A stretch of 64,000 bases of DNA, taken from contig OX597835.1 in the NCBI GenBank assembly GCA_951406725.2, positions 7,812,001-7,876,000 of the forward strand, written 5' to 3'. Position 1 is the stretch's first letter. Each line of letters opens with the position of its first letter. The notes beneath the pieces were generated by a model, which was not told the origin of the DNA, did no database searches, and was given only the letters and a program-made list of their open reading frames with translations. Positions 1 to 12,001 of this stretch are shown here, in pieces. This DNA is from Octopus vulgaris. Lineage: Eukaryota. A program made the position numbers and the translations under genes.

Positions 1-14
1 TGGCACTCATCAAG

Positions 15-1076
15 TTACCGTCGATTTTTACCAACTTTCTAGAAACATCACTTTTTATGTATCTCCAAACATCAGACTCTTACCCCAAACGTCACTGTTT
101 TCGTCGTGTAATTACCGTCGATTTTTACCAACTTTCTAGAAACATCACTTTTTATGTATCTCCAAACATCAGACTCTTACCCCAAACGTCACTGTTTTCG
201 TCGTGTAATTACCGTCGATTTTTACCAACTTTCTAGAAACATCACTTTTTATGTATCTCCAAACATCAGACTCTTACCCCAAACGTCACTGTTTTCGTCG
301 TGTAATTACCGTCGATTTTTACCAACTTTCTAGAAACATCACTTTTTATGTATCTCCAAACATCAGACTCTTACCCCAAACGTCACTGTTTTCGTCGTGT
401 AATTACCGTCGATTTTTACCAACTTTCTAGAAACATCACTTTTTATGTATCTCCAAACATCAGACTCTTACCCCAAACGTCACTGTTTTCGTCGTGTAAT
501 TACCGTCGATTTTTACCAACTTTCTAGAAACATCACTTTTTATGTATCTCCAAACATCAGACTCTTACCCCAAACGTCACTGTTTTCGTCGTGTAATTAC
601 CGTCGATTTTTACCAACTTTCTAGAAACATCACTTTTTATGTATCTCCAAACATCAGACTCTTACCCCAAACGTCACTGTTTTCGTCGTGTAATTACCGT
701 CGATTTTTACCAACTTTCTAGAAACATCACTTTTTATGTATCTCCAAACATCAGACTCTTACCCCAAACGTCACTGTTTTCGTCGTGTAATTACCGTCGA
801 TTTTTACCAACTTTCTAGAAACATCACTTTTTATGTATCTCCAAACATCAGACTCTTACCCCAAACGTCACTGTTTTCGTCGTGTAATTACCGTCGATTT
901 TTACCAACTTTCTAGAAACATCACTTTTTATGTATCTCCAAACATCAGACTCTTACCCCAAACGTCACTGTTTTCGTCGTGTAATTACCGTCGATTTTTA
1001 CCAACTTTCTAGAAACATCACTTTTTATGTATCTCTAAACATCAGACTCTTACCCCCCACTGTTTTCGTCGTGTAA
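15..1076. repeat. Tandem minisatellite, 11 copies of a 97-bp unit
   Basis: Unit TTACCGTCGATTTTTACCAACTTTCTAGAAAC...GTCGTGTAA starts at 15, 112, 209 ... 985. Copies 1-10 look identical; the last has a substitution and a short deletion. Confidence 0.97.
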
Positions 1077-1418
1077 CGCGGGTCGGCTCCCTTTCCTGGA
1101 GGCCTTCTGACAAATTCTTGATTATTGCACTCTGCACATGCACCAGAAAAATGGTTAACAATGGGTTATATAGGGCAGACGGTCTAGCAGTGCATTTATC
1201 TCTTACATTCGTTATAAGAGTGCGACCATCTTAGGGCAACACCTTTAAGAGTTGTAGTAGAATGGACTCCAGTACTTGATCAGAGTGCACTCGGATGAAG
1301 CTCCATGATTCAAATCGGTTTTATTACCAACTATGATATTTTTTAGTATAATAAGGATGATACCAAATAATATTGGCAGCAGAGACAGCTGTTAGATGGG
1401 ATGCAGTGTTTTTGTAAA

Positions 1419-1799
1419 TCTTTATATATAAAAGTCAAGTTGTGTGTCTGTCTCCTACGATTTAGATTTCTAACTACTCCCACATTTTGCGGTGCAGTTT
1501 AACCAAAACCGGGTATCTTATAGTCGTGATTAATATCGAGCCCTTCTGGGTATTAGCGCGCGTCTACGATGAGTTTACGATTAAAAAAAATTACCATAAT
1601 TTTTTTCCATTTTAATGCATTTCTCGCTATTATATAAGGGAAGTAACTCTCTAAAATGTCTACGATGAGTCAACGATTAAAAAAAATTTTTTTTTCCATT
1701 TTTAATGCATTTTTTGGCTATATTTGGCTATAATTCTCTAAAAATGCTTATATAGTTATTTACCTTACAAACCCGAGCAACGCCGGGCGATACTGCTAG
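1419..1799 (+). mobile_element. Non-autonomous Helitron, subtype A
   Basis: Starts TC after an A (A|TCTTTATATATAAAAG), ends CTAG before a T, has a subterminal hairpin CCCG-AGCAACGC-CGGG and no TSD. Three more full copies occur in the window. Confidence 0.88.
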
Positions 1800-1947
1800 T
1801 AATTAATAAATAATAATTGATGCAAATCAACTGCTGTTCATCATTATTATCTCAATTTTCTATTTTCTTCACACACACACACACACTCACACACACACAC
1901 ACACACACACACATACATACATACATACATACATACATCTATCTATC

Positions 1948-1978
<31 letters not shown>

Positions 1979-2378
1979 GTATGTATATATATTTATTTCA
2001 AATAAAAATGAGTTTAAATTAAAGAGATATATTAATCTGGAGGTTACCATGTTTCTTCTTAATTTGATATATATATACATCTTTATCTGTATATTTACCT
2101 TCTCTGGGATGTTACTAATTGATTTGAGAACTTTATATTATTGGAAAACCTATATGAAATTAGCTGAAGATTACTTGACATATTATATCTGCTGTAATAT
2201 TTACAGCCTTTAATAAAATGTTATAGTATGAAACAATTGTACTAAATTACCGGATCCATTCTTGTTGCTTATTTTCGATTATAATCACCCCGTATATTTT
2301 TAATGAGTAATACCATAAAAAATTCTGGTGCATCTAAATTAAGTACCATATTCATTTGAATCTAAATTGTTTGCTGAA

Positions 2379-2417
<39 letters not shown>

Positions 2418-2453
2418 ATCAAAAAAGGGGTCGAATCTCATTCGTATTTTTGA

Positions 2454-2562
<109 letters not shown>

Positions 2563-2650
2563 GACACCTGTCCATGGGGTCATGCAGTGGTACTGAACTC
2601 AGAACCATGTGGTTGGGAAGCAAGCTTCTTACCACACAGCCACGCCTGCG

Positions 2651-2652
<2 letters not shown>
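2563..2652 (-). mobile_element. SINE family 1, head fragment
   Basis: Reverse complement matches the GGCGCAGG.GTGGCTGTGTGGTAAG head of the full copies at 16854 and 54633. Confidence 0.8.
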
Positions 2653-2688
<36 letters not shown>

Positions 2689-2779
2689 CATACATATATA
2701 CATACATATATGTGTGTGTGTATTATATTTTGTTTTTCATATATTTTTATGGGGAGAAAGAGAGAAAGAGAGAAAAATA

Positions 2780-3568
2780 TGGAGAAGTGACGCAATCCCA
2801 GAGGCACAATCAGTGCGTGACCTGGGTATTTACATGAATGATGACGCAACCTTTCATGTACATGTTGCTAAATTGGCAATGAAATGTAGACGGCTGGCCG
2901 GATGGATTCTTAGAACCTTTAGAACAAGAGAACAAGAAACCATGATGGTCCTATGGAGGACACTTGTCCTAAGCCACTTTGACTATTGCTCTCAGCTATT
3001 GTCACCATCCAGTGTCAAGTTGATCACAGAACTTGAGGCGATCCAACGTAGCTACACGAAGAAGATAGCCTCTGTGCAGCATATAAGCGACTGGGAAAGA
3101 CTCAAGAGATTAAAACTCTATTCCTTGGAGCATAGGCGAGAAAGATATGCCATAATATACATCTGGAAGATACTGGAAGGACTTGTCCCAAACTTTGGCA
3201 TCGAGAGTTACACAAATGCCAGAACTGGGCGCCACTGCGTGGTGCCAAGGACTCCAAATTTGCCATCAAGATGTAGGACAAGATACTGTGATAGCCTGGG
3301 CTTCAGAGGCCCACAGCTCTTCAATATCCTCCCGAAGAACCTGAGGGACCTGCATGGGGTGGATGCGCATGTCTTTAAAGTAGGACTGGATCTCTTCCTG
3401 TCAGGTGTCCCGGATGAACCAACTTCACGACAGGAGGTGCAGATGAGGGCAGCTGCATCGAACTCTCTCATGCACTAAATGGCAGTTGCTAAAAAGCATT
3501 CGTGAAGTAAAATCATGTAGCAACACCAAATGGCGGTGCCCCAGCATGACCACAGCTCGTGATCTGAA

Positions 3569-3600
<32 letters not shown>

Positions 3601-3610
3601 GAGATAAGAT
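2780..3610 (+). mobile_element. 5'-truncated CR1/L2-group LINE (ORF2 C-terminus, 3' UTR, (AGATA)n tail)
   Basis: The 3' part of ORF 2609-3478 reads VRDLGIYMND...WILRTFRTR...DYCSQLLSP...LEAIQRSYTK...ERLKRLKLYSLEHRRERY, typical of the CR1-type post-RT region. A 5-bp tandem tail lies at 3571-3610. Confidence 0.9.
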
Positions 3611-4005
3611 GTGTATATATTTTAATTGATCTGTCGTTAGCAAACATCTGGAAAGACATTTAAAAAATGTAAAATTAACGTCCACAATGCTTTTCTTAGA
3701 AATTGTCACAACTCAGTAATACAAGATTCATTAAGTTGTTTTATGTCACATAATTCTATCCGGCGCCACATATATAATTATTGTATAATTATTATATAAT
3801 TATTATATATGCGTTGTCCCCCACCGTCTAGAATGTGTTTTTTTCTACTCAAGATGTTTCTCTAATCATAATCTTAACAATCAGACGCAATCACATTAAA
3901 AAAAAAACACACACAAGAAGTCGAGAAAAAATCGAACTTCTTTTATTTGTTTATATTCCAACAAATGAAAATTATTTTATATCACAATGCACCATTTATT
4001 CAATA

Positions 4006-4400
4006 CTAGCAGTATCGCCCGGCGTTGCTCGGGTTTGTAAGGGAAATAACTATATAAGCATTTTTAGAGATGTAAAGTATAATAGCCATCTCAATATGGC
4101 TAACCACTAAGGGGGGGTATTACTGTAGCTTTTTACGTCCTGAGATTTAATATTAAATTTTTAGAGAGTTACTTACCTTATATATGCCAAAAATGCATTA
4201 AAAATGGGAAAAATTGATGGTAAGTTTTTTTAAAATCATAGACTCATCGTAGACGCGCGCTAATACCCAGAAGGGCTCGATATGAATCACGACTATAAGA
4301 TACTCGCTTTTGGTTAAACTGCACCGCAAAATGTGGGAGTAGTTAGGAATCTAAATCGTAGGAGACAGACAGCACACAACCTCACTTTTATATATAAAGA
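4006..4400 (-). mobile_element. Non-autonomous Helitron, subtype B
   Basis: Reverse-complement copy of the 1419-1799 termini, inserted at an AT site, with a different internal segment. Confidence 0.88.
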
Positions 4401-5281
4401 TTATCACATTTTGAGATTTTGCTTTTTTGCATGCATATTTATGTTTTCTTTGCATAGATAGATGAATGTTTGAGGGTATGCTGTATGTATGTATGTATGT
4501 ATATATGTATGTATTTATGTATGTATGTACGTACGCTTGTACGTATTTATGAGACTATGTATGTAGGTAACCATGTCTCTAAGTGTACATTTGCATGTAG
4601 CTTCCTTTTAGAGTTCGAGTGTATACGTGTGCTGTGTGTGTATGTGTGTGTGTGTATGTCTTTGCTTGCTAACTGTGATTATGTGAATTTTGCTGTTTTT
4701 GTTCTCTCTGAAGGCCGACCAGGCCATGGTTATCTGAATGCCAACGCCTGGAAAATACCTTTAATGATGTTTCACATTATAGACACACTTTGAGCACCGT
4801 GACAAAGAAGAGTTACTGTCTGCAGATATATACACGAGTGTAGGTGATTTGTCTGAAATTAACTGGAGGTATTTCTCAAGGAACCCTTTAAATGCTATGT
4901 GATCTTTTTTTCCCCTTATGCATCTTGGCATAATGTTATAGAGAACAGAGCCAGTTGAGGTAAAATATTTCAGTGTTTGTGATGTGACGCGAGCAGGATT
5001 TTCGCAGAGAACGTATGGCACAGGATTCAAGCGTTGCGCAAATTTTAAGATGCCAACTGCATTTGGACAATTTTGAAATATTTTCCACGTTAAACAAATC
5101 ACTCAGCGCTACGGTGGCGATGTGGGCGATGGAGGAAATAAAGTCTGAACTTCTCGACTTCAATAATCAAGACCCACCATATCGTCTATTTTATTTTATC
5201 CTGTGATTGATCTCCCTAGTGCTTCAGTTTTCAATATATTTTGTTTCGTGTAGGTAGATCACGGCGTACAACAGTATCTAA

Positions 5282-5511
5282 GGCGGCGAGCTGGCAGAAA
5301 CGTAAGCACGCCGGGCGAAATGCGTGGCCGCATTTCGTCTGCCTTTACGTTCTGAGTTCAAATTCCGCCGAGGTCGACTTTGCCTTTCATCCTTTCGGGG
5401 TCGATTAAATAAGTACCAGTTACGCACTGGGGTCGATATAATCGACTTAATTCGTTTGTCTGTCCTTGTTTGTCCTCTCTGTGTTTAGCCCCTTGTGGGT
5501 AGTATAGAAAT
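5282..5511 (+). mobile_element. tRNA-derived SINE family 2
   Basis: GGCGGCGAGCTGGCAGAA (A box) ... GAGTTCAAATTCC (B box), body GACTTTGCCTTTCATCCTTTCGGGGTCGA; imperfect AGTATYTAAG flanking duplication. Confidence 0.88.
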
Positions 5512-5710
5512 AAGTATTTAAGACGAGAGGAAAAGGATAATGTAGTATCCTTTCTAGACCGGAAAGTTCTGAGGGTCCAGGAGCACGGCCTGTAGGCCAG
5601 ATGAACATTGCTATTTTTGTAGACAATCCAGTTGTTGTCAGTTACTCTGAGATCCTTCGTCATGCTTGATGCCCTGAGAGGTCCATCTGAGATAAATGTA
5701 TATGGTAGCC

Positions 5711-6099
5711 AGTGGAGGCGCAATGGCCCAGTGGTTAGGGCAGCGGACTCGCGGTCGTAGGATCGCGGTTTCGATTCCCAGACCGGGCGTTGTGAGTGTT
5801 TATTGAGCGAAAACACCTAAAGCTCCACGAGGCTACAGGAGAGATGGTGGTGATCCCTGCAGTACTCTTTCACCACAACGTTCTCTCACTCTTACTTCCT
5901 GTTTCTGTTGTACCTGTATTTCAAAGGGCCGGCCTTGTCACTCTCTGTGTCACGCTGAATATCCCCGAGAACTACGTTAAGGGTACACGTGTCTGTGGAG
6001 TGCTCAGCCACGTACACGTTAATTTCACGAGCAGGCTGTTCCGTTGATCGGATCAACCGGAACCCTCATCGTCGTAACCGACGGAGTGCTTCCATCCAC
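5711..6099 (+). mobile_element. tRNA-derived SINE family 3
   Basis: GGCGCAATGGCCCAGTGGTTAGG ... GGTTTCGATTCCC head; 11-bp TSD ATATGGTAGCC at 5700-5710 and 6100-6110. Confidence 0.9.
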
Positions 6100-7254
6100 A
6101 TATGGTAGCCTCTTTACCGAAGTGGATTAATTCAAAATTTATCTTCGCTTAGCTGCATATTGTGTATTTTTCTGGCCATTGGATAATAGTGAGCAAATCC
6201 AATTGGATATTAGTTCGATTTCTTTCTCTGTCGACAATTTTCAGAAGCTTAGAGTTACACACAAAAATTCTAACGTTGCTGTGTTTAATGATTTCAATGA
6301 TGTAAATAATGAAAACGATTGGGCCCAATACAGTCTTTTGTAGGTCTCCATTGATAACTCTTGCTGAGCTTGATTGAATACCGTCGATCACCAAATGCTG
6401 TATTCAGTTCACCAGAAATAAATCAATCCACTTGAATACTTTCCTCCTGATTCCAATGTTGGACAGTTTTTTTTAAGAAGATGCGTTGATGACGGAAACC
6501 CCATCTCTACTAATTCCTCTAAACACATCTTTGGGCCATAAAATCATCATCACTTTCTACCATTATATCTACACACCTCAGCCACCACCACCGCCACCAC
6601 CACCAGTTGCTCATATGTAAATGGTAAGTGCATTTTAGAAGCTCCGGCGAAGCCATAAGGCGATGCGCAAGCTCTCAGCTTTGACTGCACTGCATCTCAT
6701 TGCAGAAACAGCCGTAAGCTAATGAAGTGCAATGCATAATAATCTTCGTCCTTTGTCATTTACATGTTTGCTATAGGTCGATCCGGAAGTTGGTGTAGAT
6801 AAGGTCTTTGGAATATCGGTTAATACTGCTATATCAATCGTATCATTCCATTTTCGCATCTTTCAGCTATTTAAACCTTAGAGATGTCATTTCATTGCAA
6901 TATATAAATTGTATAAATACTTGCCAGTGTTAAGTCTACAGAGCCACTGCTTCTTACTTATTGTCAATAGCTCTTTGTTGAAATTCTAGTTTTATTCCAA
7001 TACCTACCGTTGGTTCTATTTGGTGAGAGTTGATGGCAGTTGATTATTGAATGTTATGGAAGAATACAAAAGATCAGAGTAATAATGCCACTAAACATTC
7101 GGAGTAGAGAAATGGTTTTGAAATAACAGTCCTTTCTCGTTCAAATAATGTATCTAGTTCTCAATAGACATTCATCCAGAAGAATATGACACCGATGCCT
7201 TTATTTACCACAGAATTCTAAACGAATAACAAGGAGCGGATATGTGTGTATGGA

Positions 7255-7284
7255 GAGAAAGAGAGAGAGAGAGAGAAAGAGAGA

Positions 7285-7323
<39 letters not shown>

Positions 7324-7540
7324 AGAAAGAGAGAGAGAAAAAGAGAGAGTGAAAGAGAGAGAAAGAGAAAGAAAGAAAGAAAGAAGAGAGAGAGAAAGAG
7401 AGAGAGGGAGAGAAAGAGAGAGAAAGAGAAAAAAAGAGAGAGAAAGAGAGAGGGAGAAAGAGAGAGAGAGAAAGAGAGAGAGAGAGGGAGAGAAAGAGAG
7501 AGAGAGAAAGAAAGAGAGAGAAAGAGAGAGGGAGAGAAAG
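7255..7540. repeat. (GA)/(GAAA) purine microsatellite
   Basis: Direct inspection. Confidence 0.95.
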
Positions 7541-7817
7541 CGAAAGTTATGAATGTATATGTGTGTACTATAACATGGTGTACTATAGGGCTAACAATGG
7601 TTCTATTGTTGGTAAAAGAGATAAATGGAGTCAAATTACGTTAGGTTGCACGATCCGATCTATGAATCAATGAGTGATTAACTGTATTGACCTTTCGCCA
7701 AATAATCAGCTTACTATTTACAACAGCCGGGCGAAATGATGCAATGTTCAATAAAATATTGTGTACAGCAACACCAAAGAATCCTCGGATTCCTGGAATT
7801 GAAACTCTCTCTCTCTC

Positions 7818-8034
7818 TCTTTTACTCTTTTACTCTTTTACTTGTTTCAGTCATTTGACTGCGGCCATGCTGGAGCACCGCCTTTAGTCGATCAAATCGA
7901 CCCCGGGACTTATTCTTTTGTAAGCCCAGTACTTATTCTATCGGTCTCTTTTGCCGAACCGCTAAGTGACGGGGACGTAAACACACCAGCATCGGTTGTC
8001 AAGCAATGCTAGGGGGACAAACACAGACACACAA

Positions 8035-8079
<45 letters not shown>

Positions 8080-8250
8080 CATATATACGACAGGCTTCTT
8101 TCAGTTTCCGTCTACCAAATCCACTCACAAGGCATTGGTCGGCCCGGGGCTATAGCAGAAGACACTTGCCCAAGATGTCACGCAGTGGGACTGAACCCAG
8201 AACCATGTGGTTGGTTAGCAAGCTACTTACCACACAGCCACTCCTGCGCC
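7818..8250 (-). mobile_element. tRNA-derived SINE family 1 (CORE-like), full length
   Basis: tRNA-like head, CORE-like TTGGGCAAGTGTCTT, internal (TA)/(TG) microsatellite, tail ending in (GAGTAAAA)n. Confidence 0.9.
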
Positions 8251-8342
8251 TACGACTTTCAACGATCTAGTTTATATCATTTCTCGAGTATTGAACTGGT
8301 ACAGACAGACAGAGAGACAGACAGACACATACAGGATTCAAA

Positions 8343-8546
8343 TTTTGGGAACAAAGCCTGCAGTTTCGATGGAGGGGGTTAAGTCGATTACATCGACCTC
8401 AGGGCTCAACTAGTACTTATTTTATCGACCTCAAAAGGATGAAAGGTAAAATCGACAACGACGGAATTTGAACTCAGTACGTAAAGATGGACAAAATGGC
8501 GCTAATCTTGTTGCTCGGCCGTGCTAATGATTCTCTCAGATCACCG
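8343..8546 (-). mobile_element. Degenerate SINE family 2
   Basis: AAGTCGATTACATCGACC...AAGGATGAAAGG...GGAATTTGAACTCAG matches the family-2 body in reverse. Confidence 0.7.
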
Positions 8547-8552
8547 GCTTAT

Positions 8553-8594
<42 letters not shown>

Positions 8595-8732
8595 TAACAC
8601 CTATTTTCAAGTTCACCTCATTCTGCAAGTTAATTCTTCATTTATTTTCCCGAGTATAAAGTACCGAGAGCTGTTTTCTAGTGTTACTGCATTGTTGTTG
8701 TAACCGTTGTTCTAAAATCTTTTACAGAAGAC

Positions 8733-9011
8733 TTTCTTCTTCTTCTTCTTCTTCGTTTTCTTCTTCTTCTTCCACTTCTTCTTCTTCTTCTTCTTCTTAT
8801 TATTATTATTATTATTTCTTCTTCCATTTCTTCTTCGTCTTCTTCTTCTTCTTCTTCTTCTTCTTCTTCTTCTTCTACTTTTTCCACTTCTTATTTGTCT
8901 TCCTCTTCTTCTTCTTCTTCTTCTTCCACTTCTTATTCGTCTTCTTCTTCTTCTTCTTCTACTTTTCCTTCTTCTTCTTCTTCTTCTTCTTCGTTTTCTT
9001 CTTCTTCTTCC

Positions 9012-9042
<31 letters not shown>

Positions 9043-9145
9043 CTTCCACTTCTTCTTCGTCTTCTTCTTCTTCTTCTTCTTCTTTTTCTTTTTCTTCTTC
9101 TCCTCCTCCTCTTTTTCTCCTCCTCCTCCTCCTCCTCCTCCTTCT
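8733..9145. repeat. (TTC)n/(TCC)n trinucleotide tract
   Basis: Direct inspection. Confidence 0.95.
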
Positions 9146-9605
9146 TTGTAGTCGTAGTAGTAGTAGTAGATTTGTTTGTCATTGATGCTGCTGCTAATTT
9201 GTCATCTAATATTGTTTCTATTGTTGTTGATGTTTAATGCTAATTTTATGCAACATTAATTAATAGCTAAAATGCATTCTTCGCCGCCGCCGACGCCGCG
9301 GACATTGTTTCCTTCTATTCGTTAAGTTTGTTGTTGTTTGCTTTGTTTGTCGTTCTTGTTGACACGGTATGTTTTTAACAAAAGCAAATATTTGAAATAT
9401 ATTTGTATTTTAGTAGTAGTAGTAGTAGAGGTGGTGGTGGGGCTGGTGGTGGTGGTGAGAAGAAGCTGATGTTGATATTAGGTCTGGTGGCCATGCTGGT
9501 GCGCTTTGATCGTTGTTGTAATTGTGGTTAATGTTGCTGTTTCGTATTTGGGTTCTGGTCATGGGTGGTGGTCTTTGTGAGAAAGATACAAGTGGTAGGA
9601 GAACG

Positions 9606-9820
9606 GATGATGACGTTGATGACGATGATGAAGATGATGATGATGATGATGAAGAAGCAGAAGAAGAAGAAGAAGAAGAAGTCGAAGAAGAAGAAGAAGA
9701 AGATGATGATGATGATAATGATGATGATGATGAAGAAGAAGAAGAAGAAGAAGAAGAAGAAGAAGAAGAAGAAGAAGAAGAAGAAGAAGAAGAAGAAGAA
9801 GAAGAAGAAGAAGAAGAAGC
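9606..9820. repeat. (GAT)n/(GAA)n trinucleotide tract
   Basis: Direct inspection; explains the poly-D/E ORF. Confidence 0.95.
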
Positions 9821-10429
9821 TGCTGTTGCTGCTGTTGATGAATATGGTGCTGGTGATAGTGGTGATGAAACGATGAAATGATGATGATGATGATTATGAT
9901 TTTTTTTCTGTTTTGTTATTTTATTTTTGTGTTACTCAACAAGCTATTATAGCAGTCAGCGTCGGCTGCCATAAATAACCTCCTGATAGCAATCTCAACG
10001 GTGCCGCCGTTATCAACATTTGTCAAAGCCGCCATTACTGCACCTGCGGGCGTTGGGAGGTGTCGGTTATTTTATCTGACGGAATGGTGGCCTGAAAGGC
10101 AGCCACAGCAGAGCTTTACTGGCATTCAATAGAATCAAATGAATGACACGAGTTCGAATACCATCGGGAGCATTTTTGCTTCTCATACACTTCAAGAAAC
10201 CCAGTGGAGTAACAACGTACGAACTGCAGTCCAGCAAAGAACTCTTGACAGTATCTTAAAAGTGTTGGTCATTGTCTTATGATGCTGATGGTGATGCTGA
10301 TGAGATTCTCGAAAATTACTCTACTTTCCCAGAACAGATTCAAAAATAGCAAATTTTGTGAATAGAAAGACCGCTGCTTTTGTTGTTGTCCTTGTTCACG
10401 GTAAAGAAAATATATTTTAGTTTTATATA

Positions 10430-10556
10430 TATAAAAATACAAAATGGGCCACGAACGCAAAACATCCAAATAGACGATACAAAAAACACGGACGGGTCAT
10501 TTAAGAATTGGATCATCCTCGCAATTTCGGCTGATTAATCTTGAGATTGCTCCAAT
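10430..10556 (-). mobile_element. Fragment of the (TA)-associated repeat family also at 39460-39792 (putative Penelope-like)
   Basis: Reverse complement contains AATCTCAAGATTAATCAGCCGAAATT...GATGATCC...GTCCGTGTTT...TTGTATTTT, shared with 39647-39781. Confidence 0.65.
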
Positions 10557-10877
10557 TTTAGTTTTAGTTACTTTTGAAGTAAGAGCGACAGCAGCAGCAG
10601 TAGCAGCAGTAGTAGCAGCAAAATCAGTAGCAGCAGCAGCAAGAATTTGGACCTGGAGATCACCATTTTCAGCGACTTCGAGGGCCACCTCCCAGCGGTG
10701 TCAGGCGTCAACGAAGAGCCCTCGACTATAACAAGACGACCAAAGCTTTTTTTTTTCAAAGGTCTGGGGTATCCCACCCCTAAGCCCTAGCCCATCACCT
10801 AATCACCCTTACCCGTCTTGTTGCTTAACAACAACAACAGCAGCAGCAGCAGTAACTTGGTGGTAGCTAATATTTAT

Positions 10878-11293
10878 GCGGCGAGCTGGCAGAACCGTTA
10901 GCACGCCGGGCGAAATGCGTAGCTGTATTTCGTCTGCTGTTACGTTCTGGGTTCAAATTCCGCCGAGGTCGACTTTGCCTTTCATCCTTTCGGGGTCGAT
11001 TAAATTAAGTACCAGTTACGCACTGGGGTCGACATAATCGACTTAATCCGTTTGCCTGTCCTTGTTTGTCCACTCTGTGTTTAGCCCCTTGTGGGTAGTA
11101 AAGAAATAGGTATTTCGTCTGTCGTTACGTTCTGAGTTCAAATTCCATCGAGGTCGACTTTGCCTTTCATCCTTTCGGGGTCGATTAAATTAAGTACCAG
11201 TTACACACTGGGGTCGACATAATCGACTTAATCCGTTTGTCTGTCCTTGTTTGTCCACTCTGTGTTTAGCCCCTTGTGGGTAGTAAAGAAATA
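10878..11293 (+). mobile_element. SINE family 2 with duplicated body (dimer)
   Basis: Second body unit starts at ~11109 (GGTATTTCGTCTG); an 18-bp TSD GGTAGCTAATATTTATGC (10862-10879, 11294-11311) encloses both units. Confidence 0.9.
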
Positions 11294-11319
11294 GGTAGCT
11301 AATATTTATGCTCTCGAAC

Positions 11320-11620
11320 AGAAATCCACGAGACCAGTATTCGATGTCTAACTGTAGCTTATTTAGAAACACATACCAACGCTTTATTGGATATTAGGGG
11401 TCCATCGTCGGTGATGATGATGATTAAACTGTAGTTTCTAAAAATGATCGAATATAGAGTGTAGCCACACAGTTGTGGCTGTTGGATAGCACCAGGCATT
11501 GAGGCTGGGAATCTTGTAGGAGAACGAATTTCGTTCTGAGATACGTGTCTCCTCTTATGGAACAAGTGTGAAATCCAAATTCTTTTAGCATTTGTTGATA
11601 AGATATAAGAACTGTGAAGC
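11320..11620 (-). mobile_element. Possible very degenerate LTR-retrotransposon integrase fragment
   Basis: TRFP...SIIFRNYSL..IITDDGPLISNKAL...VRH weakly resembles the rve core (IVSDNGPQF); seen by eye only. Confidence 0.3.
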
Positions 11621-11798
11621 GAATGGTAATAGTTGTAGAACGGATTATAATTCCTCAAAATGGTGACATCTGGTCGAATGATTAAGATACGCTGTTACAT
11701 CAGTAAAGGATACGATGTTATACCAGATACTCCCGTGGGTCCATGTCTGTGGCTAAATAACGACGACCACGATCACAACTGCAAAACAACAACAACCC

Positions 11799-11799
<1 letters not shown>

Positions 11800-11875
<76 letters not shown>

Positions 11876-11945
11876 GCTACTACTACTACTACTGCTACTA
11901 CTACAACAACTACTACTACTACTACTACTACTACTACTGCTACTG

Positions 11946-12001
<56 letters not shown>

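Larger units (their letters stand above)
4710..6500 (-). mobile_element. Old degenerate CR1/L2-group LINE interrupted by two SINEs
   Basis: Minus-strand peptides are colinear with LINE ORF2: VIDGIQSSSARVINGDLQKTVLGPIVFIIYI (degenerate GVPQGSVLGP RT motif, 6149-6394), KDLRV...WTLRTFRSR (~5540-5660) and GSVLYNIMPRCIR...FKGFLEKYLQLISD...SNS (~4800-4960). Confidence 0.75.

Noticed and set aside
15-1076. CRISPR array
   Set aside because: Units are identical end to end with no unique spacers, there are no cas genes, and the context is eukaryotic.
2609-3478. 289-aa ORF as a host gene
   Set aside because: The N-terminus is SINE and (TA)n translation; the rest is a truncated LINE ORF2 lacking the RT catalytic core.
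5711-5790. tRNA genes at SINE heads (also 5282, 16854, 25175, 40810, 54633)
   Set aside because: A and B boxes are present, but I could not draw a complete cloverleaf and each head continues into a multi-copy SINE body, several with TSDs.
9522-9881. Acidic protein ORF with apparent signal peptide
   Set aside because: Non-ATG start and content explained by (GAT)/(GAA) microsatellite.
10580-10790. Possible exon (KNLDLEITIFSDFEGHLPAVSGVNEEPST...)
   Set aside because: No recognisable domain, no convincing splice-site pair and no neighbouring exons; it cannot be supported without RNA-seq.
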